Shown here: positions 9,228 through 17,925 of the stretch, piece by piece
Numbering within the stretch: the stretch's first letter is position 1
How the letters are laid out: each line of letters begins with the position of its first letter
NCBI GenBank assembly: GCA_011620605.1
Contig: WOYW01000005.1
Span: forward strand, 32,232-96,231
Reading direction: 5' to 3'
Length of the DNA stretch: 64,000 nt
Origin: Bacteroidales bacterium
Lineage (GTDB): Bacteria > Bacteroidota > Bacteroidia > Bacteroidales > UBA932
Program-made: the position numbers and the translations under genes
The notes under the pieces: generated by a model
The model's database searches: none
What the model saw: only the letters and a program-made list of their open reading frames with translations
Told to the model about the DNA's origin: nothing

Positions 9228-10989
9228 TTTTTTCTACAAGGCTTCCATGGTTGGCAGATATCACGACCAGTTTCCCTGTTGCAAGTGCTTTTACTGGTTC
9301 CATGCCATAATAAGTCTGGATGTAACAAAGTATGTCGTCTTCCTTGACTTTAGTCCCCACGACAGGTTCTTTGGATTCCCCTTCCGGGGCAAATTCCCAG
9401 ATGATCTGGCCCTTGGCGGCTGCCTGTACGGGTTGAGCGTTGGGATGTTGTTGCTGTATCTTTTCTACATCAATTTTAGGCATTTCTACAACGGGACGTT
9501 CCACCAGTTTGGGAGCCTTGGCTTTTTCACGGGCAGCTTCCAGTTCTTTCTGGAAACGTTCCTTGGCTATACCGCTCTTGTAATCGCGGTATTGACGGTC
9601 GTGCATGGCCAATTCAAAGAGTTCTTCGTTATCCCTGCCGAAATCCCAGTTGTTTTCTTTCATCTCTTTCTTATACTCATCCAGGGCATTGGGGTACTGG
9701 CTTTGCGGATTTCCTGTAAAGAATTCCTTTTCCTGTTGTTTGGCCAGCTCCAGGATCTCGGGAGCAAGTTCTCCGGGAAGTTTCCCTGTATATCCCAGGA
9801 TCATGTCCCAGGCATTCTTGTCTATGGTTTTCCAGCGTTCCTCACCCTTGAGCATGTGCATCAGGTTCATCAGGGCTATGTTCTTGACATACTGACTGAA
9901 AGGAGTAACCAGCGGGGGATATCCCAGTTTGGGCCATACGTATTCCACTTCCTGGAACAGCATGGTCACCAGGTCGTCCAGTGTCAGTTCTTTTTTGCCT
10001 GCAGCCCTAAGGGACATATTGATGGCATTATGAAATCCTTTCAAGTCTGCCATCATGGACCCCATCATACCTCCGGGCAATCCGCAACCAACCAGAAGCG
10101 AGGTCATTACCTTGTTACCCGGATCTATGAACAGTCCCAAAAAGTCATCAATGAAGGACTGTGTCATGGAACGGGCTTCCATATAGGCTTTCATATTGAT
10201 GTCCTTAACCTTGAACCCGGCCTCTTTCAACATGGCCTGAACCGTAATTACGTCCGGGTGGACCATCCCCCAGCTTAAGGGTTCCATAGCCACATCCAAT
10301 ACATCTACACCGGCTTTGGCAACTTCCAGCATGGATGCCATGGAAAAACCGGGACCTGAGTGGCCGTGGTATTGCACTTTAATGTGAGGGTATTTGGTTT
10401 TTATCCCATAGGTGAGTTTTCCCAGCATGGTTGGACGACCCACACCGGCCATATCTTTTAGGGCGATCTCGTCTGTTCCGAATTTGACCAGTTCGTCTAC
10501 TACCGATAAATAATATTCTGCCGTGTGAATGGGAGAATGTGTGATACTTAAGGCGGCCTGGGAGATCATCCCGGCTTCCTTGGCATATTTAACTGAAAGT
10601 TCCAGGTTCCTGGGATCATTTAATCCGCAGAAAGAACGGGCTATGTCAACGCCCTGTGCTTTTTTCACTTTAAACATCAGTTGCCGCACATCGGCAGGTA
10701 CGGGATACATACGTATTCCATTCAGCCCCCTTTCCAGCATTTGTGTTTGTATTCCGGCAGCACGTAAAGGTTTTGTCCACTCCCGGACAGCCACGTTGGG
10801 ATTTTCACCAAAGAGCAGATTTACCTGTTCAAAGGCTCCTCCATTGGTCTCTACCCGGTCAAAACATCCCATTTCCACTACCAGCGGGGCAAATTGCTTT
10901 AATTGGTGAACCATGGGAACGTATTTGCCCGACGATTGCCACATATCCCTGTAAAGAAGACAAAACTTGATTTCCTTATTCTTTGACAT
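9202..10989 (-). CDS. Oxaloacetate decarboxylase alpha / pyruvate carboxylase subunit B-like carboxyltransferase with a C-terminal biotinyl/lipoyl-type domain
   Basis: The 595-aa product has HMGL-like TIM barrel blocks (LYRDMWQS, KDMAG, HGHSGPG). The C-terminal barrel-sandwich domain has no AMKM motif. The gene overlaps the transporter gene by 26 nt. Confidence 0.75.
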   Translation of the reverse strand: MSKNKEIKFCLLYRDMWQSSGKYVPMVHQLKQFAPLVVEMGCFDRVETNGGAFEQVNLLFGENPNVAVREWTKPLRAAGIQTQMLERGLNGIRMYPVPADVRQLMFKVKKAQGVDIARSFCGLNDPRNLELSVKYAKEAGMISQAALSITHSPIHTAEYYLSVVDELVKFGTDEIALKDMAGVGRPTMLGKLTYGIKTKYPHIKVQYHGHSGPGFSMASMLEVAKAGVDVLDVAMEPLSWGMVHPDVITVQAMLKEAGFKVKDINMKAYMEARSMTQSFIDDFLGLFIDPGNKVMTSLLVGCGLPGGMMGSMMADLKGFHNAINMSLRAAGKKELTLDDLVTMLFQEVEYVWPKLGYPPLVTPFSQYVKNIALMNLMHMLKGEERWKTIDKNAWDMILGYTGKLPGELAPEILELAKQQEKEFFTGNPQSQYPNALDEYKKEMKENNWDFGRDNEELFELAMHDRQYRDYKSGIAKERFQKELEAAREKAKAPKLVERPVVEMPKIDVEKIQQQHPNAQPVQAAAKGQIIWEFAPEGESKEPVVGTKVKEDDILCYIQTYYGMEPVKALATGKLVVISANHGSLVEKNEIIGFIA

Positions 10990-11086
10990 ATCTTATTCTT
11001 TATGTTGTTAAACCTACAAATTTAGGTTATTTCCGGCAGATTTACATATAAGTTCCGGAAAAAACCAATGAAAATATGATTCCGTG

Positions 11087-12027
11087 TTATTCTGGCCAGC
11101 CGGATAAAGTTGCCGTTATGGGAATGCCTGTGGCATTTCCCTTGAAGGTCAGGGTGATCTTGTGAATGTTGCCGGGTGCAGTATACCACAAATTGGTGGG
11201 TATTGTCAGTTCTTCGCTGGTAGAAGTTTTTATTTTAAGGATCAGTTGTGCATTGTGTGACGGGATCATCACATTCCCGGCAGAAGAAAAAGTAGTAGTG
11301 ATGGGAACGGCCGCATTGTTTCCCAAACTGGATGACAGATCCTGTTCCATAGGATCTGTATTGGTTGTCAGTATGTTGGAATTCAAATCAAGGTCCAGGG
11401 AGGTAGGTGCGGAAACTTTTATGTAAGTAATTGTTCCCCAAGTATCAGCGGCTGTTTGACTTTCAGCAACTACTTCATATTCCAATCGTGTTAGTAAATG
11501 GTTGAAATTAAACGTTACGGTCACAGGGCTTTGGGCATTGCCGGCATACCAACATGTCCCGGACATGATGTCTTCCTGCCCGGTAATGCGAAAATTCACG
11601 ATCCCGTTACTCAAAGAATAAGATTGCGGATGAAATGCTATGAAATTAGCCGGTGTTCCGTCGGTTTGCACTGTACCGTAAAACGTGGGTTTTTCCTGGC
11701 CGTGGAACATCCACCTGCACCTCCTGTGTAAAGATAACACCTTTTTCTTCAATCTCTACCTTTACCAGAAGATCTTCCTGAGGATATACCAGCACCTTTC
11801 TGACTTCCGTACCGGCTTGAAACTCGGCAAGGAGCATAATTTTTTCGGATGCAAGGTCGGGCTGCAGTGAACCGGCCTGTGATACGGTCTCCTTCCGGGG
11901 CAACTATGCCCATGAAATCATTTGCAGTGTGGAAAGAAAACTCGGAATGCAAGGCATCGTCGGGGGCACGGAGCACTTGAAAATCCACCGGGTATTTCAA
12001 TCCGATCAGGATAAATAATGATCGCAT
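11087..12027 (-). pseudogene. Fimbrillin (FimA/Mfa-like) family gene split over three reading frames
   Basis: Three consecutive minus-strand ORFs (12027-11749, 11903-11646, 11752-11087) read through as one protein if about two frameshifts are allowed. The C-terminal part carries the fimbrillin-type block TVTFNFNHLLTRLEYEV. No lipoprotein Cys is present in the first frame. Confidence 0.45.
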
Positions 12028-12101
12028 AAAAAGGATAAATAATGAATGTTTCTTAAACTAAAAACGTACTTCTCAAAAATAGTAAAAATATTTGAATAAT
12101 C

Positions 12102-12917
12102 CTACATATTGGCAATAATATCTGCAAATAAAAGCGCCATTTTATCGGCAGCTTTATCGGCGGTTACAATAACATCATCTCCGTCATTTTCAAAGTCTTC
12201 CCCAAAATCATGGGCTTCGTTCGTTATCACGGACATACCAAACACCCGCATCCCGCAGTGACGGGCCACGATCACCTCAGGAACGGTGGACATGCCGGTG
12301 GCATCGGCTCCTATGGTTTTGAAGAAATTGTACTCGGCAGGTGTTTCAAAGGTGGGACCGCTGCTCCCTATGTACGTTCCGTGCCGGATAGGAATGCCGT
12401 GTATCTCGGCCATATCGTCGCAGACCTTGCGCAGTTCTTTGTCATAAGTGCGTGTCATGTCCGGGAAACGCGCCCCAAAGTCGGGGTTGTTCTCCCCTAT
12501 CAGCGGATTGGGCAGCAAATTGATGTGGTCCTTTATGACCATTAGATCTCCTACTTTGTAACGGGGATTGATTCCGCCGGCCGCATTGGAGACGAACAAC
12601 GCTTCCACTCCCATTAACCTGAACACCCGAATGGGAAAGGTAACCTGTTCCATGCCGTATCCTTCGTAATAATGGAAACGGCCTTGCATACAGATCACGT
12701 TTTTGCCTCCCAGACGTCCCCAGATGAGGTTGCCCTGGTGTCCGGGAGCGGTTGACAAAAGAAAATTGGGGATGTCTTTATAGGGTATCACTACCCTGTC
12801 GGTTATGGCGTCGGACAGTTTTCCCAGGCCGCTGCCCAGGATGATCCCTACGCGTGGTTTTTCAGGGATCCTTTCCAGGATGAAATCGGTGGATTGTTGG
12901 TACACGGATGTCTTCAT
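12102..12917 (-). CDS. Purine nucleoside phosphorylase (trimeric PNP/PunA type)
   Basis: The 271-aa product contains ILGSGLG, QGRFHYYEGY, SNAAGG and ATGMSTVPE. Confidence 0.9.
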   Translation of the reverse strand: MKTSVYQQSTDFILERIPEKPRVGIILGSGLGKLSDAITDRVVIPYKDIPNFLLSTAPGHQGNLIWGRLGGKNVICMQGRFHYYEGYGMEQVTFPIRVFRLMGVEALFVSNAAGGINPRYKVGDLMVIKDHINLLPNPLIGENNPDFGARFPDMTRTYDKELRKVCDDMAEIHGIPIRHGTYIGSSGPTFETPAEYNFFKTIGADATGMSTVPEVIVARHCGMRVFGMSVITNEAHDFGEDFENDGDDVIVTADKAADKMALLFADIIANM

Positions 12918-14200
12918 TTCTTGTTCTTCTTTTTATAATCTACAACCCTGTCGGCTATTTCCTGTACTTTGAGGTAGATTTCCTCCTGACCGGGTATTTG
13001 TTGGTTTTCCATTATGATCTTTCCGTCGCATATTACGGTGTCTATACATTCCCCGTTGGCTGCATAGACCAGGTTTGCCAGAAAATAGTGGTTGGGAACG
13101 AACGAAGGTTTGGCCATGTCCACAAGGGCCACATCGGCAAGGTATCCGGGGGCGATCTTTCCGGCGTTTATGCGCAATGCTTTGGCCCCATTGAAAGAAG
13201 CTACGTCCATCAGTTCCTTCAGGGGAATGGCGCCCGGATCATTTCTCCATACCTTTTGGAGCAATGCGGCGGCTTTCATGCTGTCGATCATGTCCAGGTT
13301 GTTCGAAGATGCACACCCGTCCGTGCCCAGGCACACATTGGCTCCGGCATCCCGTAATTCGTTGTATTTGAATTTGTAACCCGAGGCGAGTTTGAGGTTG
13401 GAATTGGGGTTGTGGACGGTATTCACCCCGTTGTCGCCCAGCAGTTTGATATCGTCGCTGCTCAGCCAGAGGGAATGTGCGGCGATGAGCGAAGGACTCA
13501 GCATGCCCAATTTATTCAGGTATTCTGTGGGACTCATGCCAAAATCGCGCTCCGCCTGGTCCATCTCCGACCTTGTCTCGGCAAGGTGCGTATGCACCAA
13601 AATACCGTTGTGTTTGGCGTAACTGTTAATGTACCGGAATGATCTTTCAGCCACGGTATAGATGGCATGGGGACTTATGGCAAAAGTGGTCAGGGGGCTC
13701 CACCCTGCACTTGCCTTGTGTGCTTCCTGCATCATTTTTTTGTTCTGCTCTATGACGTCGTTGTCAAAATTATCGAGCCAGGTAAAAGATTGTACAGAGC
13801 GCATGCCCATTTCCTCGGCGGCGCGTTTTGTCCCGTTCAGATGCCAATACATATCGTTGAAAGTGGTGGTGCCGGTGCGGATCATTTCCACACAGGCCAG
13901 TTTGGCACCCCAGTAGATCATTTCCTCGTCCAGTTTCGCTTCGTAAGGCCAGATACGTTCCCTGAGCCACTGGTCCAGTGGTACATCTTCCCCTACTCCC
14001 CTGAATAAAGTCATGGCCGAGTGGGCATGCGCGTTGACAAAGCCCGGAATGATGGCTTTGTAGGATCCGTCAATGATCTTATCGTACCCCTGTTTTGGAA
14101 AAGTCCCCGCAGGTTCTACGCTCCTGATCCTGTTTCCTTCTATCAGAACATCTTTACGCTCCTTGAATAAAAGAACGTTTGAAATAAGTATCGTTTTCAT
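12914..14200 (-). CDS. Amidohydrolase, MTA/SAH/adenosine deaminase-like (MtaD family)
   Basis: The product has the metal-binding block FVNAHAHSAMTLFRG and later HLAE and GTDG blocks. The start was set at the ATG at 14200 (MKTILISNVLLF...). It overlaps the PNP gene by 4 nt. Confidence 0.75.
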   Translation of the reverse strand: MKTILISNVLLFKERKDVLIEGNRIRSVEPAGTFPKQGYDKIIDGSYKAIIPGFVNAHAHSAMTLFRGVGEDVPLDQWLRERIWPYEAKLDEEMIYWGAKLACVEMIRTGTTTFNDMYWHLNGTKRAAEEMGMRSVQSFTWLDNFDNDVIEQNKKMMQEAHKASAGWSPLTTFAISPHAIYTVAERSFRYINSYAKHNGILVHTHLAETRSEMDQAERDFGMSPTEYLNKLGMLSPSLIAAHSLWLSSDDIKLLGDNGVNTVHNPNSNLKLASGYKFKYNELRDAGANVCLGTDGCASSNNLDMIDSMKAAALLQKVWRNDPGAIPLKELMDVASFNGAKALRINAGKIAPGYLADVALVDMAKPSFVPNHYFLANLVYAANGECIDTVICDGKIIMENQQIPGQEEIYLKVQEIADRVVDYKKKNKK

Positions 14201-14223
14201 AACGGTATATTTTGATAAAGGTA

Positions 14224-14853
14224 CTAAATTTTTCTTCTCCAGTTTATATACCCTATGACAGATGCTACAAGATAGACCATATACAATCCGGTTGTGAACC
14301 ACAAACCGGTGTGTGCATATAGAATGATAGCCAGTATGTTAGCCACTACCAGGAGCAGCCATTGTTCCAAAATGCTTCGTGTCAGCAGCCAGGTAGCCAC
14401 CATGTTGAGTGTTGTTATGGCCGCATCCATAGCCGGGGCGGGATGATCCGTCAGGAACCTGAGAACGGCCCAGACCCCGCCAAAGACCACAATCAGTAGC
14501 CCTGCAGCCACCCACGCCGTGGAAGCGTCTATGTGCACGGGTTTGCGTTCCGGGTTGCGTTGCGGGTTGCGTTCCTGGTTGCGTTCCTGCATGTGGTCCG
14601 GCCTGAATCCCGGCATGGGGTCCTGCAGCTTTTTAGATAGCTGCGATCTTTTGCCCCATTTGAACCATCCGTAGAGGCTCATCCCAAGGTAATACACATA
14701 CAATCCCATGGAGGCATACAACGCTTCTACCCCAAAAACAACTATGTAGCACAAAGACATGACAATGCCCACGATCCACATGGACCGGCGGTGTTTGATC
14801 TCCAGCCAGACGTAAAGCAGACCTGTGATGGTCCCGAATATTTCCAGGATCAT
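14224..14853 (-). CDS. pnuC: PnuC-family vitamin transporter; context suggests the thiamine-type PnuT
   Basis: PnuC-like TM helices are present (LEIFGTITGLLYVWLEIK..., WFKWGK). The ATG at 14853 overlaps the receptor stop in an ATGA. The gene lies downstream of a TPP riboswitch. Confidence 0.8.
   Translation of the reverse strand: MILEIFGTITGLLYVWLEIKHRRSMWIVGIVMSLCYIVVFGVEALYASMGLYVYYLGMSLYGWFKWGKRSQLSKKLQDPMPGFRPDHMQERNQERNPQRNPERKPVHIDASTAWVAAGLLIVVFGGVWAVLRFLTDHPAPAMDAAITTLNMVATWLLTRSILEQWLLLVVANILAIILYAHTGLWFTTGLYMVYLVASVIGYINWRRKI
14539..14589 (-). repeat. Four tandem imperfect 12-nt units inside the PnuC central loop (protein QERN QERN PQRN PERK)
   Basis: The plus strand reads gggtttgcgttcc gggttgcgttgc gggttgcgttcc tggttgcgttcc. 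Confidence 0.8.
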
Positions 14854-17084
14854 TTCGCCCATTCCCACGCAATTTTGATCATGGCATTGAAACCGGCCTG
14901 GGGATAGAAGCCTTCCATGACTTCTACGGTTCCGGTTTCACGAAAGGCGGCCCGGTAAGCCCAGGCGCTGGCACAGTATTTTTGGTTCAGCAGGTTTTCG
15001 GCAAAAAGACTGACGGTAAAGGTGCCTGCCCTGCGGGTGGTAAAGGGTTGTGAGAGGGTGAATCCCAGGTGTTGGTAAGCCGGCAGCATGCGGTCGGGAC
15101 TGGAAGTGTTGTCGTAATATTGCTTTCCTACAAAACGTGCAGTCAATGCAGCTTCCAGGTCCCGGAAAAGGGAACGTCCTGCCAAAAACGGTTTTACGGC
15201 AACAAGCACTGCAGCTGTAAAGGATGGAGAATAAACCAGGTCGGTCAGGTCGTAATGTTCGGTCACCTGAAGTGTTGCCGGGTTCCAAAAGTCCGTGTTA
15301 TCGTAAGTGTCCAGGTATATGGTCAGGTCTTTGATCTTGTTGCGGCTCAGGCAGGTATTTCCTTCCAGGCGCAATTGAGGGAACGGCTGCCAGCCGGATT
15401 CCAGTTCCACACCGCGGCGGTATGAAACAGGAACATTTTCCTTGATCTCGTATCCGGTATCACTTTTCTTACCCGTAGGGACCAGCTGGTTGCGATATTC
15501 CATGGCATAGAAATTCACTCCCAGCATGAAAGACCGTGTTGTTAGCCGGTAGCCTCCTTCATAATCACACATCCGCTCGGATTTCAGTTCTTCCGTTTTC
15601 CCGGCTTTGATGGATTCCTTGATATCGCTCCGGGAAGGCTCCCGGCTTCCGGTATAAACGGACACATACAACTGGTGATCCTTTTTGATCACGGCCGTCA
15701 TCCCGGCCTTGGGATTGAAAAAGTTATAGGATGTTGTATGATCCAGCAGCGCACCATCGTTATCCGGTCCTTCCATCATCATGTTTACGTGCCGGTACTG
15801 CATGTCCCCGAAGAATTTTAAATAATTGTCAGGATCTGCTCCCAGGGGCAGATCAAAGGTGCCTTTCAGGAAAGCACTGAAATCGTTTTTGTTTCCCAGG
15901 TTCCGGTAATATTCCTGTGCATCGGAAAAATCGGGATGTTCCAAATGATATGTCATCAACCCGAAATGATACCCGCTGTAGTATGCGTAATTGAGACCAA
16001 GGAGGATCTCGGAGTTCCTGTGCGATGCATTGCGTGGAACTTTCGGAATTTCCAGGCGGGCTACTGAACTAAGAGCCGCGTAAATGTTGTCCATGGAACG
16101 GCGGACGATGTAGTCCCCGGCGCTATTTTCTTTGTAGTTTTCATAATACCCGTCTCCTTTGGTCATGTGAAAGGTATTGCTTATTGAAAAGAGTTGCGTG
16201 ATGTTGTGGGAATAATTCAGTTGGACGTGGTGTTCCGTGTAATTATCGGTTTCGTTGGGGTAATAATGGATGTTTCCCTGTTCGTCTGTATATTCTCCTG
16301 CAGGGTTGTAGGTTCTGTCGGTTTCCAGCATTTCACGGGATATGCCTTCCCAGGTGATGCCGGTGTGCTGTTCGCCATATATATAATAGGCTTTTATGGA
16401 ATAGTCCGGACGTATAAAGGCAAGTCTTGTGAACAGCGATTGCAGGTTGCCTTTCCCGTTGCGGATATAACCGTCCGTTAAATTATGTGCGTAGCGGATA
16501 TCCATACCCAGACCGTTGGGCAAAAAGGACTCTTTGGTCCCGATACCGGTCCCGGCACCTATGGCCATATTCCATGTGTTGAAGGATCCGTATGCCATTT
16601 CCGCACCGGCATATGGATTTGGACGTGAATACAGGGTGCGCATGTTAACGGTGGCTCCGAAAGCGCCGCTCCCGTTTACGGAAGTTCCCACCCCGCGTTG
16701 TACCTGCACGTTTTCCAAAAAACCGCTCAATGAGGGCAGATTGACCCAGAAGACTTCCTGGGATTCGGAATTGTTTAGTGTAATCCCGTTCAGATTGACC
16801 TGGATGCGAGATCCTTCAGAACCGCGAATGCGTAAATAGGCGTAGCCGCTTCCCGTTCCGTTTTCACCTACCACTACGGCTCCGGGGGTCATGGCCAGGG
16901 CAAAGGGCAGGTTTTGTGCGGGAGCGGTACGCACCAGGTCCTCTTTGGTGACTTCCCAGTGTGCCACGGGCGAATCCTTGGCCGCCTGTGTAGCCACGAT
17001 GACAATTGAATCCAGATTTCTTACTTCTTGTGCTGTTGTAAAGACAGGGGCCAGCAGCAAACCCGCAATAATGATCTTTTTCAT
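14850..17084 (-). CDS. TonB-dependent outer-membrane receptor
   Basis: The 744-aa product has a signal peptide, a plug region (DSIVIVAT...) and a beta-barrel ending in an aromatic-rich C-terminus. It is directly preceded by a TPP riboswitch. Confidence 0.9.
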   Translation of the reverse strand: MKKIIIAGLLLAPVFTTAQEVRNLDSIVIVATQAAKDSPVAHWEVTKEDLVRTAPAQNLPFALAMTPGAVVVGENGTGSGYAYLRIRGSEGSRIQVNLNGITLNNSESQEVFWVNLPSLSGFLENVQVQRGVGTSVNGSGAFGATVNMRTLYSRPNPYAGAEMAYGSFNTWNMAIGAGTGIGTKESFLPNGLGMDIRYAHNLTDGYIRNGKGNLQSLFTRLAFIRPDYSIKAYYIYGEQHTGITWEGISREMLETDRTYNPAGEYTDEQGNIHYYPNETDNYTEHHVQLNYSHNITQLFSISNTFHMTKGDGYYENYKENSAGDYIVRRSMDNIYAALSSVARLEIPKVPRNASHRNSEILLGLNYAYYSGYHFGLMTYHLEHPDFSDAQEYYRNLGNKNDFSAFLKGTFDLPLGADPDNYLKFFGDMQYRHVNMMMEGPDNDGALLDHTTSYNFFNPKAGMTAVIKKDHQLYVSVYTGSREPSRSDIKESIKAGKTEELKSERMCDYEGGYRLTTRSFMLGVNFYAMEYRNQLVPTGKKSDTGYEIKENVPVSYRRGVELESGWQPFPQLRLEGNTCLSRNKIKDLTIYLDTYDNTDFWNPATLQVTEHYDLTDLVYSPSFTAAVLVAVKPFLAGRSLFRDLEAALTARFVGKQYYDNTSSPDRMLPAYQHLGFTLSQPFTTRRAGTFTVSLFAENLLNQKYCASAWAYRAAFRETGTVEVMEGFYPQAGFNAMIKIAWEWAK

Positions 17085-17087
17085 AGT

Positions 17088-17165
17088 TTTTCCTCCGCCG
17101 GTATTATCCGGATCAGGTTCAAAGGGTTATTCTCTCAGCCTGGAATCAGGCACCCCTGAAACTTT
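17088..17165 (-). promoter_or_regulatory. TPP (THI-box) riboswitch
   Basis: The minus strand reads caggggtgcctgattccaggctgagagaataaccctttgaacctgatccggataataccggcggagg. This matches the conserved THI-element blocks GGGGUGC, CUGAGA, ACCCUUUGAACCUGAUC and GGAUAAUACC-GCG-AGG. It ends just before the receptor ATG. Confidence 0.9.
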
Positions 17166-17166
17166 G

Positions 17167-17925
17167 TTATTTCAATGAAATTTTATATATCCGGGGCCAG
17201 TACTTCCCCGTTATCCATATGCTTTTTGTCCGGGCATCGTAAGCGATTCCGTTTAGTACGTCTGTAGACGGTTTGCGCAGTGATGCCGGCAATATGCCTT
17301 TGAGGTTGATAACCCCTGTCACTCTGCCGGCAGCGGGATCTATCCGTATGATCTCATCACTCAGGTAGATGTTTGCCCAAATTTCTCCGTCAATATACTC
17401 CAATTCATTCAGATTTTCAACTTCCCTGCCTTCCAGCGTCACTTTTACCGTACGTTTGTCCATCAGGGAGTTCGGATCCAGGTAATAAAGGGTAGAACTT
17501 CCGTCGCTCATTATAAGATCCGTTCCGTCAGTGGTCAGTCCCCATCCCTGGCGGTTGTAGCGACGTGTACCCATCAGGCTGAAAGTTTCCGCATCGTAAA
17601 TAAAACATGTGCCTTCTGTCCAGGTAAGCTGATATATCAGTCCGTTTAGCAAACAGGCTCCTTCTCCAAAATAGTTCCTGTCCAGGGCATGGGATTTCAA
17701 AACACGACCAGTGTTGACCTCTACCTGGGCGATCATGGAACTTCCGTATTGCCCGGTACTTTCGTAGAAAAAACCATTGTGATAAAAGAATCCCTGAGTA
17801 TATGCACTGATATTGTGAGGTAAAACTTCCTCAATACGGTAGCCGTAGCGTGGCACTGCAGAAGAAGCCGAACCAAATACAATTGCGGACAGCAACAGGA
17901 TCTTTATATGTAGGTTCTTTATCAT
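17167..17925 (-). CDS. Glutaminyl-peptide cyclotransferase (beta-propeller, plant/bacterial type)
   Basis: The 252-aa product has a signal peptide and the blocks AYTQGFFYHNGFFYESTGQYG, YFGEG and LTWTEG. Confidence 0.8.
   Translation of the reverse strand: MIKNLHIKILLLSAIVFGSASSAVPRYGYRIEEVLPHNISAYTQGFFYHNGFFYESTGQYGSSMIAQVEVNTGRVLKSHALDRNYFGEGACLLNGLIYQLTWTEGTCFIYDAETFSLMGTRRYNRQGWGLTTDGTDLIMSDGSSTLYYLDPNSLMDKRTVKVTLEGREVENLNELEYIDGEIWANIYLSDEIIRIDPAAGRVTGVINLKGILPASLRKPSTDVLNGIAYDARTKSIWITGKYWPRIYKISLK

Noticed and set aside
9163-10278. A 371-aa plus-strand ORF in the track
   Set aside because: It lies entirely antisense to the carboxyltransferase gene, which has clear family motifs. Its translation is low-complexity and Phe/Leu/His-rich with no recognisable domain.
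14201-14302. N-terminal extensions given by the ORF track, for example the first 34 codons of the amidohydrolase. Similar extensions occur at 6245-6301, 24696-24710, 26036-26041, 27208-27243, 48019-48060, 49930-49962, 52127-52369, 52561-52632 and 63557-63577.
   Set aside because: The track uses the longest ORF including TTG/GTG starts. Internal ATGs restore canonical N-termini (signal peptides, P-loops), remove overlaps with upstream genes, or create ATGA coupling.
14224-14853. Reading the PnuC-family gene as a nicotinamide riboside transporter
   Set aside because: The operon is headed by a TPP riboswitch and a TonB receptor, the established thiamine-uptake context. Substrate assignment still needs experimental support.
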